This document shows positions 10,590-19,597 of a DNA stretch of 64,000 nucleotides, one piece after another. The translations under genes were made by a program, and so were the position numbers. Position 1 is the first letter of the stretch; each line of letters starts with the position of its first letter. The stretch is taken from assembly GCA_965207855.1 (NCBI GenBank), contig OZ242310.1, positions 2,197,881 to 2,261,880 on the forward strand, in the 5' to 3' direction. Source of the stretch: Candidatus Poribacteria bacterium. GTDB taxonomy: Bacteria; Poribacteria; WGA-4E; WGA-3G. The notes beneath the pieces are model-generated. The model saw only the letters and a program-made list of their open reading frames with translations. It was not told the DNA's origin and made no database searches.

Positions 10590-11789
10590 ATGGGTATGCC
10601 TGATAAAGTCGGAGTACAACAAGTGCACATCTCGCGACGGCATTTCTTGAAACAGGCAGCGACTGCCGCTGTCACCGCGACTGTTGCGCCGGAGGTTTTA
10701 AATGCCTTTGGTGCGCAAACGAGCAATGCGACTCGCAAAAATGTTCAGATCAATACGAAGGAGAAGAAAATGAAAACAGCAGTGAGCATCGTTGAAGATG
10801 CGTTCTACATTAATGGTGAAATTACCTACCCGGGACGTTTCTACCAAGATAATAAAATCGAAGGATTGCTCATGAACACCCGCATGGTGCAAGGCATCTT
10901 CGATGATAGGAACCCAGAGACCATTCACTTGTGGGAATATCCAGATACAGGGGAATGGGACCCTGAGCGCAATACGCGTGAATTTTTAGCGGCGATGCCG
11001 ACATGGCGCGCACACGGTGTGCTGGCGTTCACTATCAATTTCCAAGGTGGGAGTCCAGAAGGTTACTCTAAAGCACAACCGTGGCACAACTCCGGTATAG
11101 AAGCCGATGGGAGTCTCAACCCTGATTACCTCTCACGACTCGAACGCATTATCGACTTTGCTGATGATCTGGGTATGGTGGTCATCCTCGGTTATTTCTA
11201 TTTTGGTCAGGACCATCGGCTCACTGACGAGAACGCCGTTATACAAGCGGTGGACAATGCAACCGGATGGCTCTTTGATAAGGGGTACACCAACGTGATC
11301 GTTGAAGTCAACAACGAGTGTAATGTGAGATATTCACACGAAATTCTACAGCCGCAGCGGGTGCATGAATTGATTGAACGCGTGAAAGCAACAACGCGCA
11401 ATGGCGATAGATTCCTCGTCGGGACGAGTTACGGTGGGGGACGAGTGCCGCTTGAGAATGTTGTCCGATCTTCCGACTTTCTGCTTGTCCACGGGAACGG
11501 TGTGAAGGATCCGAACCGTATTATTGAAATGGTACAGCAGACACGCGAGGTGCCGGGTTACCGCCCCATGCCGATTCTGTTCAATGAAGATGACCACTTT
11601 GATTTCGATAAACCGCTGAACAACTTTGTCGCTGCTGTGAGTCAATACGCCTCATGGGGCTACTTCGATCCGGGTGAAAATGACTATTATGACGGTTACC
11701 AATCCGTGCCGGTGCAATGGCAGATCAACACGCCCCGGAAACGTGCCTTTTTTGAGAAGGCTCGCGACATCACTGGCTACGACGCTTGA
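10590..11789 (+). CDS. Putative glycoside-hydrolase-like TIM-barrel protein (possible Tat signal; alternative start 10770)
   Basis: SRRHFLK twin-arginine motif; 'IVEVNNEC' and 'PILFNEDD' resemble clan GH-A acid/base and nucleophile strands. Confidence 0.6.
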   Translation: MGMPDKVGVQQVHISRRHFLKQAATAAVTATVAPEVLNAFGAQTSNATRKNVQINTKEKKMKTAVSIVEDAFYINGEITYPGRFYQDNKIEGLLMNTRMVQGIFDDRNPETIHLWEYPDTGEWDPERNTREFLAAMPTWRAHGVLAFTINFQGGSPEGYSKAQPWHNSGIEADGSLNPDYLSRLERIIDFADDLGMVVILGYFYFGQDHRLTDENAVIQAVDNATGWLFDKGYTNVIVEVNNECNVRYSHEILQPQRVHELIERVKATTRNGDRFLVGTSYGGGRVPLENVVRSSDFLLVHGNGVKDPNRIIEMVQQTREVPGYRPMPILFNEDDHFDFDKPLNNFVAAVSQYASWGYFDPGENDYYDGYQSVPVQWQINTPRKRAFFEKARDITGYDA

Positions 11790-11831
11790 TAGCATCAGAA
11801 GCTGAAACGAACCACAAGGAAAATTAAAAAT

Positions 11832-12602
11832 ATGCCACAAATTGATCCAATCTATTTTGCCATTGTTGTTGCTGTCGTCATTATGCTGGGGACGAGCATC
11901 CGGATTCTCAAGGAATATGAGCGCGCCGTCATCTTCCGCCTCGGACGTTTAACGGGGACCCGGGGTCCAGGACTCGTGTTTATGATACCGTTCTGGATTG
12001 AACGGATGCAACGTATCAGCCTACGAGTTATCGTCAATGATGTTACCCCGCAAGATGTGATTACGAAGGATAACGTCTCTGTGAGTGTCAACGCTGTGCT
12101 AACTTTCCGGGTGACGGAGCCTGATCGAGCGGTCATTGAGGTCGAGGATTTCGGTTTCGCCATCGGACAGACGGCACAGACGACGCTGCGGAGCGTGCTT
12201 GGACGTGCGGAACTGGATGACCTCCTCTCGGAACGTGAAAAGTTAAATCAGGACTTGGAAGAAATCATCAAAAGACATTGCGAACCGTGGGGGGTTGAGG
12301 TGCTGGCGATGGAGATTAAACACGTTGATCTCCCCGTTGAGATGCAGCGGGCAATGGCGAAACAGGCGGAAGCGGAACGCGAACGTCGTGCGAAAGTTAC
12401 ACACGCCGAGGGTGAGTTTGAATCTGCAGAGGTCTTAACGAATGCCGCGGAAATCCTCAGTCGGATACCTACAGCCGTGCAACTCCGATTCCTTCAAGCG
12501 TTAGTGGAAGTTAGTGCCGAGAAAAACTCAACGATGGTCTTCCCAATTCCGATAGACTTGTTGAGTCCGTTCATTGATAAACTGAAGGTGGAGGAGAAGT
12601 AG
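11832..12602 (+). CDS. SPFH/stomatin (slipin) family protein
   Basis: '[12 protein letters not shown]', '[16 protein letters not shown]', '[10 protein letters not shown]', '[10 protein letters not shown]', 'LRFLQ…EKNST'. Confidence 0.95.
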   Translation: MPQIDPIYFAIVVAVVIMLGTSIRILKEYERAVIFRLGRLTGTRGPGLVFMIPFWIERMQRISLRVIVNDVTPQDVITKDNVSVSVNAVLTFRVTEPDRAVIEVEDFGFAIGQTAQTTLRSVLGRAELDDLLSEREKLNQDLEEIIKRHCEPWGVEVLAMEIKHVDLPVEMQRAMAKQAEAERERRAKVTHAEGEFESAEVLTNAAEILSRIPTAVQLRFLQALVEVSAEKNSTMVFPIPIDLLSPFIDKLKVEEK

Positions 12603-12623
12603 TTAGGGGTTTAAAGCGGACGT

Positions 12624-13358
12624 TTAATACGCCCAATTTTCGTGAGCCAAGGGTGCGCGATTAAGTGCGTCTCTGTAGGTGCGCCATTGCGGTAGAAATT
12701 TATCCATCAACTCACGGAACCGATTGTTGTGGTCACGCTCCAGCAGATGCACCATCTCATGGACAAATACGTACACCAGACACGAATGCGGTTTCTTCGC
12801 CAATTCGAGGTTCAGCCAGATACGTTTTGCCTCAGTGTTACAAGAACCCCAAAGCGTCTTCATTTTCCGAATCCGTACTTCATCAACGATTACACCCATT
12901 TTGGGTTGCCATGTATCAAGCAGTGGGGGTATCTGTGCACGCAGATGCTGGCGATACCAACGATGAACCACCGCCTCCCGTGCGTCTCGATCAGAACCCG
13001 GACGGACACGCAACCCTATTCTCGTATTATTCAGTAGTGAAACTTTCGGGGGACCGTCGTATTCCACTACATTAAGCCGGTAGCGTCTACCAACAAAATA
13101 GTGGCTCTCGCCTGTCACAAACTCCCGCTGAGATTGTCGTTCTTGCCCTTCAAACGCTTCTTGTTGCCGCCGAATCCAGCCGAGTCGTGTGATGATTGCC
13201 ATCCGAACAGCGTCGTCATCAAGACGCAATGGAGCAGAGACGCGAACCCGTCCGTTCGGTGGATGAACGCCGATATAGAAGTTCTTGATGTCCTTGCGGA
13301 CGATCTCTACGGAAAGTCCACCCACCTCAATATGATGGTTGTTGGTTTTAGTATTCAT
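12624..13358 (-). CDS. YgjP/DUF45-like M48-type metallopeptidase associated with type I R-M
   Basis: 'MKTLWGSCN', 'YVFVHEMVHLLERDHN' HExxH; overlaps the hsdR stop. Confidence 0.9.
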   Translation of the reverse strand: MNTKTNNHHIEVGGLSVEIVRKDIKNFYIGVHPPNGRVRVSAPLRLDDDAVRMAIITRLGWIRRQQEAFEGQERQSQREFVTGESHYFVGRRYRLNVVEYDGPPKVSLLNNTRIGLRVRPGSDRDAREAVVHRWYRQHLRAQIPPLLDTWQPKMGVIVDEVRIRKMKTLWGSCNTEAKRIWLNLELAKKPHSCLVYVFVHEMVHLLERDHNNRFRELMDKFLPQWRTYRDALNRAPLAHENWAY

Positions 13359-16300
13359 CTTGGTTTTTCACGAGTTCAAAGAGCGTATCAATGTCAAAGG
13401 CACAATCACCCAATTGATCCGAGATAACCCGCATAATCGCGTTGCGTATCCGACGTTCCCTGAATATGTGTCCTCTCCAATCGTCTGTCCTTGCTTCACG
13501 GATCGCACGATCCAGCGCAATCGCTCCTGCTTCTCTGCGATCCTCTGAAATGTTCTCTAAGTTATCAAAAATTGCCCGTAACGCACCGGTGTTGATACTC
13601 ACGGGATAGTAGGACTGCGTTTCCTGATTGATCATTGATGTACTCAAGTTGGTAATCCCCGACAGGTATGCCCGATAATCCAGTGCGCCTTGTCGCCGTT
13701 GTTGAATCAGGGCATCAAGTAATTGCGACATATCCCCGTAGTATCTTGGATTGATCTGCGACCTATCAACAATGAGCCTCCGAATATTGTTTTCTATTGT
13801 TGCCGCGATCGCCGCTTCATCTTGACGGATCCCTTCGGGCAGCCTCTCAACCGCTGCGGTGCCATCCTCAACGAGGAGCTGGACGAGAGGTATGTTGTCA
13901 AATATTGAGAGTGTCTGGCTTTCCTCAGCCTGAATATATGTATCCAATAGATGTCGCATATCAGGCTCATACACTGTTAGGTCAATGTAATCACCACTCG
14001 CCAATTTGATTTCTTGACGGACGTTTTCGTAGTGCGTCACCTCCGTTTTAATCTTTTGTGTCTCGTCGTCACTGTAACCCGCTTCTCGCATCTCATTGGC
14101 GAGATTGGCATAGGCACGCACAAATGCTGCTGTGAGTTTATAGAGGTTTATACGTTTCTGTTCATTGGCTTTCAGTTGATTAACATCGCCGCTTATATCC
14201 CCGCAGAAGAAACGGATATAAGCAGTGGTATCGCGAGGTGGTGCAACAGGTTCGCACAACCTTTTAATTTTCTCACGTGCATCCTCCAACCGTTCCTTTC
14301 CTTTTTCAAGTCTATCTTTCAATAGCCCCGCAACATCTTCGGCATCGTAGTTTTCAAATGCCTCGCCGGTGTAGTCCGTAATCGCCTGCTCCAGAGAGCA
14401 GAAAAGATCCTTGTAATCAACGATGTATCCGTATTCTTTGTCCTCAGTATCGAGACGATTGACGCGGCAAATCGCTTGAAACAACCCGTGGTCCTGCTTC
14501 TTCTGATCAATATAGAGATAGGTTGCTGGTGGGGCATCGAAGCCGGTGAGGAGCTTGTCAACGACGATGAGGAGTTTCATCTTCTCAGGTGCTTCAATGA
14601 AGAGTTTCTTTACCGCTTGTTCAAATTCATCGCCTCTATGCATCGCGGTGTTTTGAGGTTCGTCAAAGTGTGCGGCGAGCATACTTCGATACGTGTTGTA
14701 TTCTTGCTGTCTGTCGGTAAAACCTTCACCGGTTTCCTCCGTGGCGATGGAGGCTACGGTAGGTCTATAGGAGGTTACGACGGCACATTTACCCTTTAGT
14801 GGCGTTTCCTGAAACAAATCATAGAACCGACACGCAGAATGGATACTATTGGCGACAAGCATGGCGTTCCCCCGTCCGCTCTTGAGTCGATCGCGCGTGT
14901 CCATGTCTACAACAATGTCAGCGACTATCTTTGTCAACCGGTCCTTTGAACTCTCCACATTTAGGAGTGTTCCCCACCGTTTTTTCAGCTGCGCCTTCGC
15001 TGCGTCAGTTAACCCGCGGGTTCTGCTTTCAAAAAATTCATCAATCCTCTCTTGTGAAGTGATGTTCTGGTCAATATCGCGCGCCTCATATCGCAGGTCT
15101 AAGACGACCTCATCTTGAACCGCCTCGTCATATTTGTAGGTGTGGATGTAGGGACCAAAGGTTTCGATGCTCCGCTGCTTGTCGCTTTTGAGTAGCGGGG
15201 TCCCCGTGAAGCCAATGAGTACCGCATTCGGTAGAAGCACCTTCATTGCCCTGTGGAGTTTGCCCGATTGTGTGCGGTGACATTCATCTACAAAGACAAA
15301 GAATTCCCCCTTGGCACGAAAATCTTGGGGTAAATTCTGTTGGAGCGCGGCTGCGTAGTCTTCAATATGTGATTCATCCGTTTCCCCGGACCCGCCGAAT
15401 TTGTGGATCAGAGAGCAGATGAGTCGCTCCGAGGAATCCCGAAGCACGCGCAGCAGATCGTCACGACTGCTCGTGTGGTAGGCGTTATCGTCGGTTCTGC
15501 TAACAACGGTCTTAATCTGCTCGTCAAGTTCGATGCGGTCAGTGATGATGAGTACACGCGCATCAGAGATATTTTCGCGTATCCACTTCGCTAACCAGAC
15601 CATTGTCAGACTTTTTCCACTACCTTGCGTGTGCCAGATAATACCGCCTTCTCTGCGTTTAACGGACGCTTGCGCCGCCTTGACACCAAAGAATTGGTTG
15701 TGACGGCAGATCTTTTTCGTGTCCGCATCAAACACCAAGAAATCGTGCAGGAGTTCAAGGATACGCGCTTTACTACAGACTTGACTCAGTTCCCGGAGCA
15801 GCGGGTTATCACCGGCATCTGGGTGTGCGTCTGCTTCTTTCCATCGTAACCAGTATTTTTCCGGTGTCTGAATCACGCCATATCGCAACCCTTGGCTTTC
15901 GCTGCCTGCCATCACCAGCTGCACTGTCGTGAAAAACCACTCAATAAACGCTTTGTTCTGATTGTTGAGATTTTGGCGGATGCCTTGAGAAACGGAGACA
16001 GTGGAACGCTTCAATTCCAAGACACCGATCGCTATACCGTTGATGTATAACACCAAATCGGGACGCTTGGTGTGCTCCCCTTCAAGGGTCACCTCTTCGG
16101 CGATGCCGAAATCGTTGTTCTGCGGGTCCTCCCAGTCAATCAACTTGACGGTGACGCGATGTTCACCGACATCGGGTTGGACATTCACACCGTAGCGGAG
16201 TCGTCCGTAGACCTCACGGTTCGCTTCATAGAGCGTTCGGGTGCCGCCGACTGACGCGTCTCTTTTCAGTTGATCCAATGCCTTGGCAATGATAGCGTTG

Positions 16301-16467
16301 TTATAGTTTTGCCTTCGCAGGTAGTCAGCGAGATCTTCTGGGATGATATTGGTGTTGTCCTCGCCGCTGTGTTCCCAATTGCCGAGGTAGGTATACGCTA
16401 AGGCATCCTCAAAGAATGCTATGACGCGTTCCTGTGTGCGTATTTCTCTTTCGCCGACGGTGTTCAT
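13348..16467 (-). CDS. hsdR: Type I restriction enzyme subunit R
   Basis: PD-(D/E)xK 'RPDLVLYINGIAIGVLELK', Walker A 'HTQGSGKS', 'DECHR', 'GFTGTP', 'LLTGFDAP', 'QAICRVNR'; ATG 16467 (track start 16491). Confidence 0.95.
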   Translation of the reverse strand: MNTVGEREIRTQERVIAFFEDALAYTYLGNWEHSGEDNTNIIPEDLADYLRRQNYNNAIIAKALDQLKRDASVGGTRTLYEANREVYGRLRYGVNVQPDVGEHRVTVKLIDWEDPQNNDFGIAEEVTLEGEHTKRPDLVLYINGIAIGVLELKRSTVSVSQGIRQNLNNQNKAFIEWFFTTVQLVMAGSESQGLRYGVIQTPEKYWLRWKEADAHPDAGDNPLLRELSQVCSKARILELLHDFLVFDADTKKICRHNQFFGVKAAQASVKRREGGIIWHTQGSGKSLTMVWLAKWIRENISDARVLIITDRIELDEQIKTVVSRTDDNAYHTSSRDDLLRVLRDSSERLICSLIHKFGGSGETDESHIEDYAAALQQNLPQDFRAKGEFFVFVDECHRTQSGKLHRAMKVLLPNAVLIGFTGTPLLKSDKQRSIETFGPYIHTYKYDEAVQDEVVLDLRYEARDIDQNITSQERIDEFFESRTRGLTDAAKAQLKKRWGTLLNVESSKDRLTKIVADIVVDMDTRDRLKSGRGNAMLVANSIHSACRFYDLFQETPLKGKCAVVTSYRPTVASIATEETGEGFTDRQQEYNTYRSMLAAHFDEPQNTAMHRGDEFEQAVKKLFIEAPEKMKLLIVVDKLLTGFDAPPATYLYIDQKKQDHGLFQAICRVNRLDTEDKEYGYIVDYKDLFCSLEQAITDYTGEAFENYDAEDVAGLLKDRLEKGKERLEDAREKIKRLCEPVAPPRDTTAYIRFFCGDISGDVNQLKANEQKRINLYKLTAAFVRAYANLANEMREAGYSDDETQKIKTEVTHYENVRQEIKLASGDYIDLTVYEPDMRHLLDTYIQAEESQTLSIFDNIPLVQLLVEDGTAAVERLPEGIRQDEAAIAATIENNIRRLIVDRSQINPRYYGDMSQLLDALIQQRRQGALDYRAYLSGITNLSTSMINQETQSYYPVSINTGALRAIFDNLENISEDRREAGAIALDRAIREARTDDWRGHIFRERRIRNAIMRVISDQLGDCAFDIDTLFELVKNQDEY

Positions 16468-16519
16468 GGTAATGGTTGTTAGTACGCTCACTGCGTTCGC
16501 TTTCAGGGGTTAATAAGAA

Positions 16520-16542
16520 TCGCGAGCACAGCTCGCTCCTAC
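16520..16542 (-). repeat. GTAG REP-like hairpin
   Basis: Reverse complement GTAGGAGCGAGCTGTGCTCGCGA is identical to 42629-42651. Confidence 0.75.
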
Positions 16543-16658
16543 AAAAGAGCGGGTCGGGAATCAGAGTATTTTTGCTGGGTGTTTTCCTCAGCTACAAAGA
16601 GGTTTTCAGTCACAGGGCGAAACCTCTAAGAAGCTCTGGCTCCATCTTATACTGCATC

Positions 16659-17087
16659 TTATACTGCATTTCCTGATTTCAGGTTCGTGAGTTCTGTCCT
16701 TCCTTTGTCTGTCGACCGGTACTTCTGTAGTCGGCTATTAGGTTTGTCCGGCAGTGTGTACGCAATTATCTGATCAGCAAGGAGACTCTGGATAACCTTG
16801 TTAAGCTGACCAGAAACCGATTTCTGTCCCAATTTCTTGGACAATTCGGATTTTTGCATCGGGCCGCTGGCAAGTAAGTGGAGGATTTTTGATTTTAAGT
16901 CTTTTGGCTACGACTCTGGCTGCACCTTAATCCGATCTGGAGAGGTGGCACGCCAAATTGTCGTTTTGAACCCACTGCTAAAGAACCGTCGCATCAATGG
17001 GTCTCGGCGTAGATAGTCGCGTAGCACCTCGCGTTCCTGCGCGAATTCTCTTTGGACGCTGCTGATGAAAATACGGATAGGGTTCAT
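16659..17087 (-). pseudogene. Internally deleted DUF4062 / winged-helix protein gene with an in-frame TAG
   Basis: ATG 17087 gives MNPIRIFISSVQREFAQERE… (DUF4062-like start), in frame to VQPES*PKDLK (TAG at 16908-16910) and on to 'YTLPDKPNSRLQKYR' (C-terminal HTH of Fic/ATP-binding regulators). Confidence 0.7.
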
Positions 17088-17096
17088 TTATATTGC

Positions 17097-17291
17097 TTAC
17101 GCCTCTTCACAAATATGTCGAGTCAGGTAATCAAGAACTTCCGTTTGCATCTTCTCTATCTCCATCCGATAGCTCCTTGAGACGAAGGGAAATTCTTCAG
17201 GAGTGGCTTGAACTCGCAATTGCAAGAGCAGATTTTGAAAATAGGCGATACGTTCTTGACTCGTTTTGAGTTCTTTATCATTCTCAATCAT
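17097..17291 (-). CDS. Small helical hypothetical protein (partner of the nucleotidyltransferase)
   Basis: 64 aa, ATGA overlap with the upstream gene, RBS gagg. Confidence 0.7.
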   Translation of the reverse strand: MIENDKELKTSQERIAYFQNLLLQLRVQATPEEFPFVSRSYRMEIEKMQTEVLDYLTRHICEEA

Positions 17292-17728
17292 TTTCTTACC
17301 TCTATGATACCGCGACGCGTTCCGTCACGTTTAACCTGCCAACCCTCAACAAATTCTTCAAGGGTTTCTAAAAACAGTAACGACGGACGTATCCAGAAAA
17401 TACTGGCTCCAAATTCGTTTTCTGTTTGTTGATGGGTCAAGAGCCTTTCGATATCCTCCGTACAAGCTGCTATGTCAAAATCGTCATCAAAGATGATTAC
17501 GACATCTATATCATTCGGTTTAGGTTTTGCTGTAATATAACTCCCGAAAATAAGTAATCGCTGAAGATGCCCTGTTTCCTTAGCAAGTTGATAGATATGT
17601 TTCAAACGTTCAGTTACAACTACCCGTTGTTCCGTTCCGCTACCAAATTGAGCAACGACTTCATCAATCGTTGCGGGGTGTATTCCTTCTGGCAATTCAC
17701 CCTCATGATTTAGGTTAGGTAATGGCAT
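17288..17728 (-). CDS. Minimal nucleotidyltransferase-fold protein (DUF6932-like)
   Basis: 'LPEGIH', 'IFGSYITAKPKPNDIDVV' = GS…DxD pol-beta NTase motif; C-terminal 'RGIIEV'. Confidence 0.75.
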   Translation of the reverse strand: MPLPNLNHEGELPEGIHPATIDEVVAQFGSGTEQRVVVTERLKHIYQLAKETGHLQRLLIFGSYITAKPKPNDIDVVIIFDDDFDIAACTEDIERLLTHQQTENEFGASIFWIRPSLLFLETLEEFVEGWQVKRDGTRRGIIEVRK

Positions 17729-17832
17729 TCAGTTTCTCCGCTCTCCTCAAGGACCATGTTGGATTTCAACAACCGCACCCGTCCTATAAGGAGCTGCTGC
17801 ATCACCCTTTGTTTAATGGTATAGATTTTGCC
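17710..17832 (-). pseudogene. Remnant 3' end of an hsdS gene
   Basis: Translates …IKQRVMQQLLIGRVRL, matching the intact hsdS end IKQGMMQQLLTGRVRL; identical 16-mer ACAACCGCACCCGTCC at 17769 and 19633. Confidence 0.7.
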
Positions 17833-18101
17833 CGGAGGAAGCCTCAACACGGCAATCCCAATGTTCATAATTGATTTCCCATACCCTTGTCCAACTATGC
17901 CCACGTCGCAGCCCGCTCATTTATGATACACCAAAAAATGTGCTTTCGCAAGAAAAAAGCACGCCCGATACTTCAAGATATTTTGGCGTGCATTCTATTG
18001 TTATTGCCGATAGGCGTGAGGACATTTGTTGATGCCCCTGCACACCGTTTGGCAGAAATGAGAACTTCTATGCTGAACTGCAAATTATAACCCAAGCGAC
18101 C

Positions 18102-18381
18102 TTTCTACAGACATAGCACTCCGCTGGAGTGCTACACATTGAATACATTATCTCTATAGACATGTTGCTCCGCTGGAGCAAGGAAACCACGCTTTCAGGA
18201 TATAGATATGTTGCTCTGCTGGAGCAAGGACGACACCTTTTCATATCCTTGCTTCTGACCGCTTGTGACGTATTTATACATTCGTTTTGGTGCCCTTCCT
18301 CACGCCAGAGGCGTGATATGTCTATAGAAAACCGTATCAAAATCAACGCACTCCAGCGGAGTGCTATGTACTATAGAAAAC
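18102..18381. repeat. REP-like hairpin array downstream of tnpA (3 forward + 2 reverse copies)
   Basis: Units of (T)CTATAGACAT foot plus hairpin GCACTCC-gct-GGAGTGC, TTGCTCC-gct-GGAGCAA or TCACGCC-tct-GGCGTGA. Confidence 0.85.
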
Positions 18382-18394
18382 TGTGTTCTGTAGA

Positions 18395-18874
18395 TTATTC
18401 TCCAGAACAGGGATCCGCGACCGCGTCAAAAACATATTTCAAATCATAGGCGACCTCAAAACGCTCTAAAAACTTAAGATATTCATCGCGAAAGGTTTGA
18501 TGCGAATGGTGCACCTCTTGGTTTTCAATATAGGCCGCTACCTGAGGTATCTGAGAATGTGAATAACTGAACGCACCAAATCCCTCTTGCCATGCAAATT
18601 GCCCCACAGTCCAACGCTTCTGATTGATAAAGCGCGTCGAATTTACTTTGATGTCTTTCACTAAACCAGACAACGCGACATCCGGGGTCATCCCGATCAA
18701 AATATGGATATGATCTGGCATCGAATTGATTTGAATCAATTTTTGTTTCTTATTGGTAATGATACCCGTGATGTATTTGTGAAGTTCTGATTTGTGGTGT
18801 TTGGGAATAAGCGCGTGTCTACCTTTCACAGAAAACACAATATGCACATAAAGTTGGGTATAAGTATCTGCCAT
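18395..18874 (-). mobile_element. tnpA: IS200/IS605-superfamily Y1 (HUH) transposase, RAYT-like
   Basis: 'YTQLYVHIVFSVKGR', HUH 'PDHIHIL', 'FAWQEGFGAFS', catalytic 'YIENQ'; no tnpB; flanked by hairpin arrays. Confidence 0.9.
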
Positions 18875-18972
18875 AGGTTTTTATATGTCTCCAGCCTTTG
18901 TTACGTTTATCACGGAGAGTACATCCTATTATATGAAGGCATCTGTTGTGTGTCAAATCAAAACTGTTTGGG

Positions 18973-19541
18973 TACATAGCACTCCGCTGGAGTGCGGTGG
19001 GTTGGCACTCCGTATTCTATAGACATATTGCTCCGCTGGAGCAAAGAGCCCATGCTTTCAGGCTCCCATTTCGATATCTTAGGGGTATGTATTTATACGT
19101 CGGTTTGGCGGCTGCCTCCTCACACCAGAGGCGTGATATGTCTATAGAAAACTGTTGTTTATGTGCTTAGCTGTCTGGTGAGGTGCGCGTCCTCACGCCA
19201 GAGGCGTGATATGTCTATAGAAATAGGTTGTGGATATTCTGGCACTCCAGCGGGGTGCTATGTATCTAAAAAATTGCTGAAAGCATACAAGGCGAGAGCA
19301 TTTGTAGAAACTGCTATGTGCTACCTCCTCACGCCAGAGGCGTGATATGTCTATAGAAACGGGTTGTGAATATTCTTGCTCCAGCGGGGTGCTATGTATC
19401 TAAAAAATTGCTGAAAGCATACAAGGCAAGAGCATTTGTAGAAACTGCTATGTGCTACCTCCTCACGCCAGAGGCGTGATATGTCTATAGAAATAGGTTG
19501 TGGATATTCTGGCACTCCAGCGGAGTGCTATGTTTATAGAA
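18973..19541. repeat. REP-like hairpin array upstream of tnpA, including a ~135-bp tandem repeat (~2.6 copies)
   Basis: 2 forward + 7 reverse units; CCTCACGCCAGAGGCGTGATATGTCTATAGAAA at 19191, 19327 and 19461 (periods 136 and 134). Confidence 0.88.
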
Positions 19542-19597
19542 TGCAAATCCCGATTCAGACAAAAACCGCCGCAAACACCAAACGTCCTCAATCCGCG

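Noticed and set aside
16643-16669. 12-bp tandem duplication CATCTTATACTG at the pseudogene stop
   Set aside because: Real but isolated; no element lies between the copies, so it cannot be called a target-site duplication.
18395-18874. IS605/TnpB or IscB RNA-guided system
   Set aside because: No tnpB/iscB ORF or remnant seen next to tnpA.
18102-19541. CRISPR array
   Set aside because: Repeats occur in both orientations, the linkers are themselves repeated and irregular in length, and there are no cas genes; fits REP/BIME organisation.
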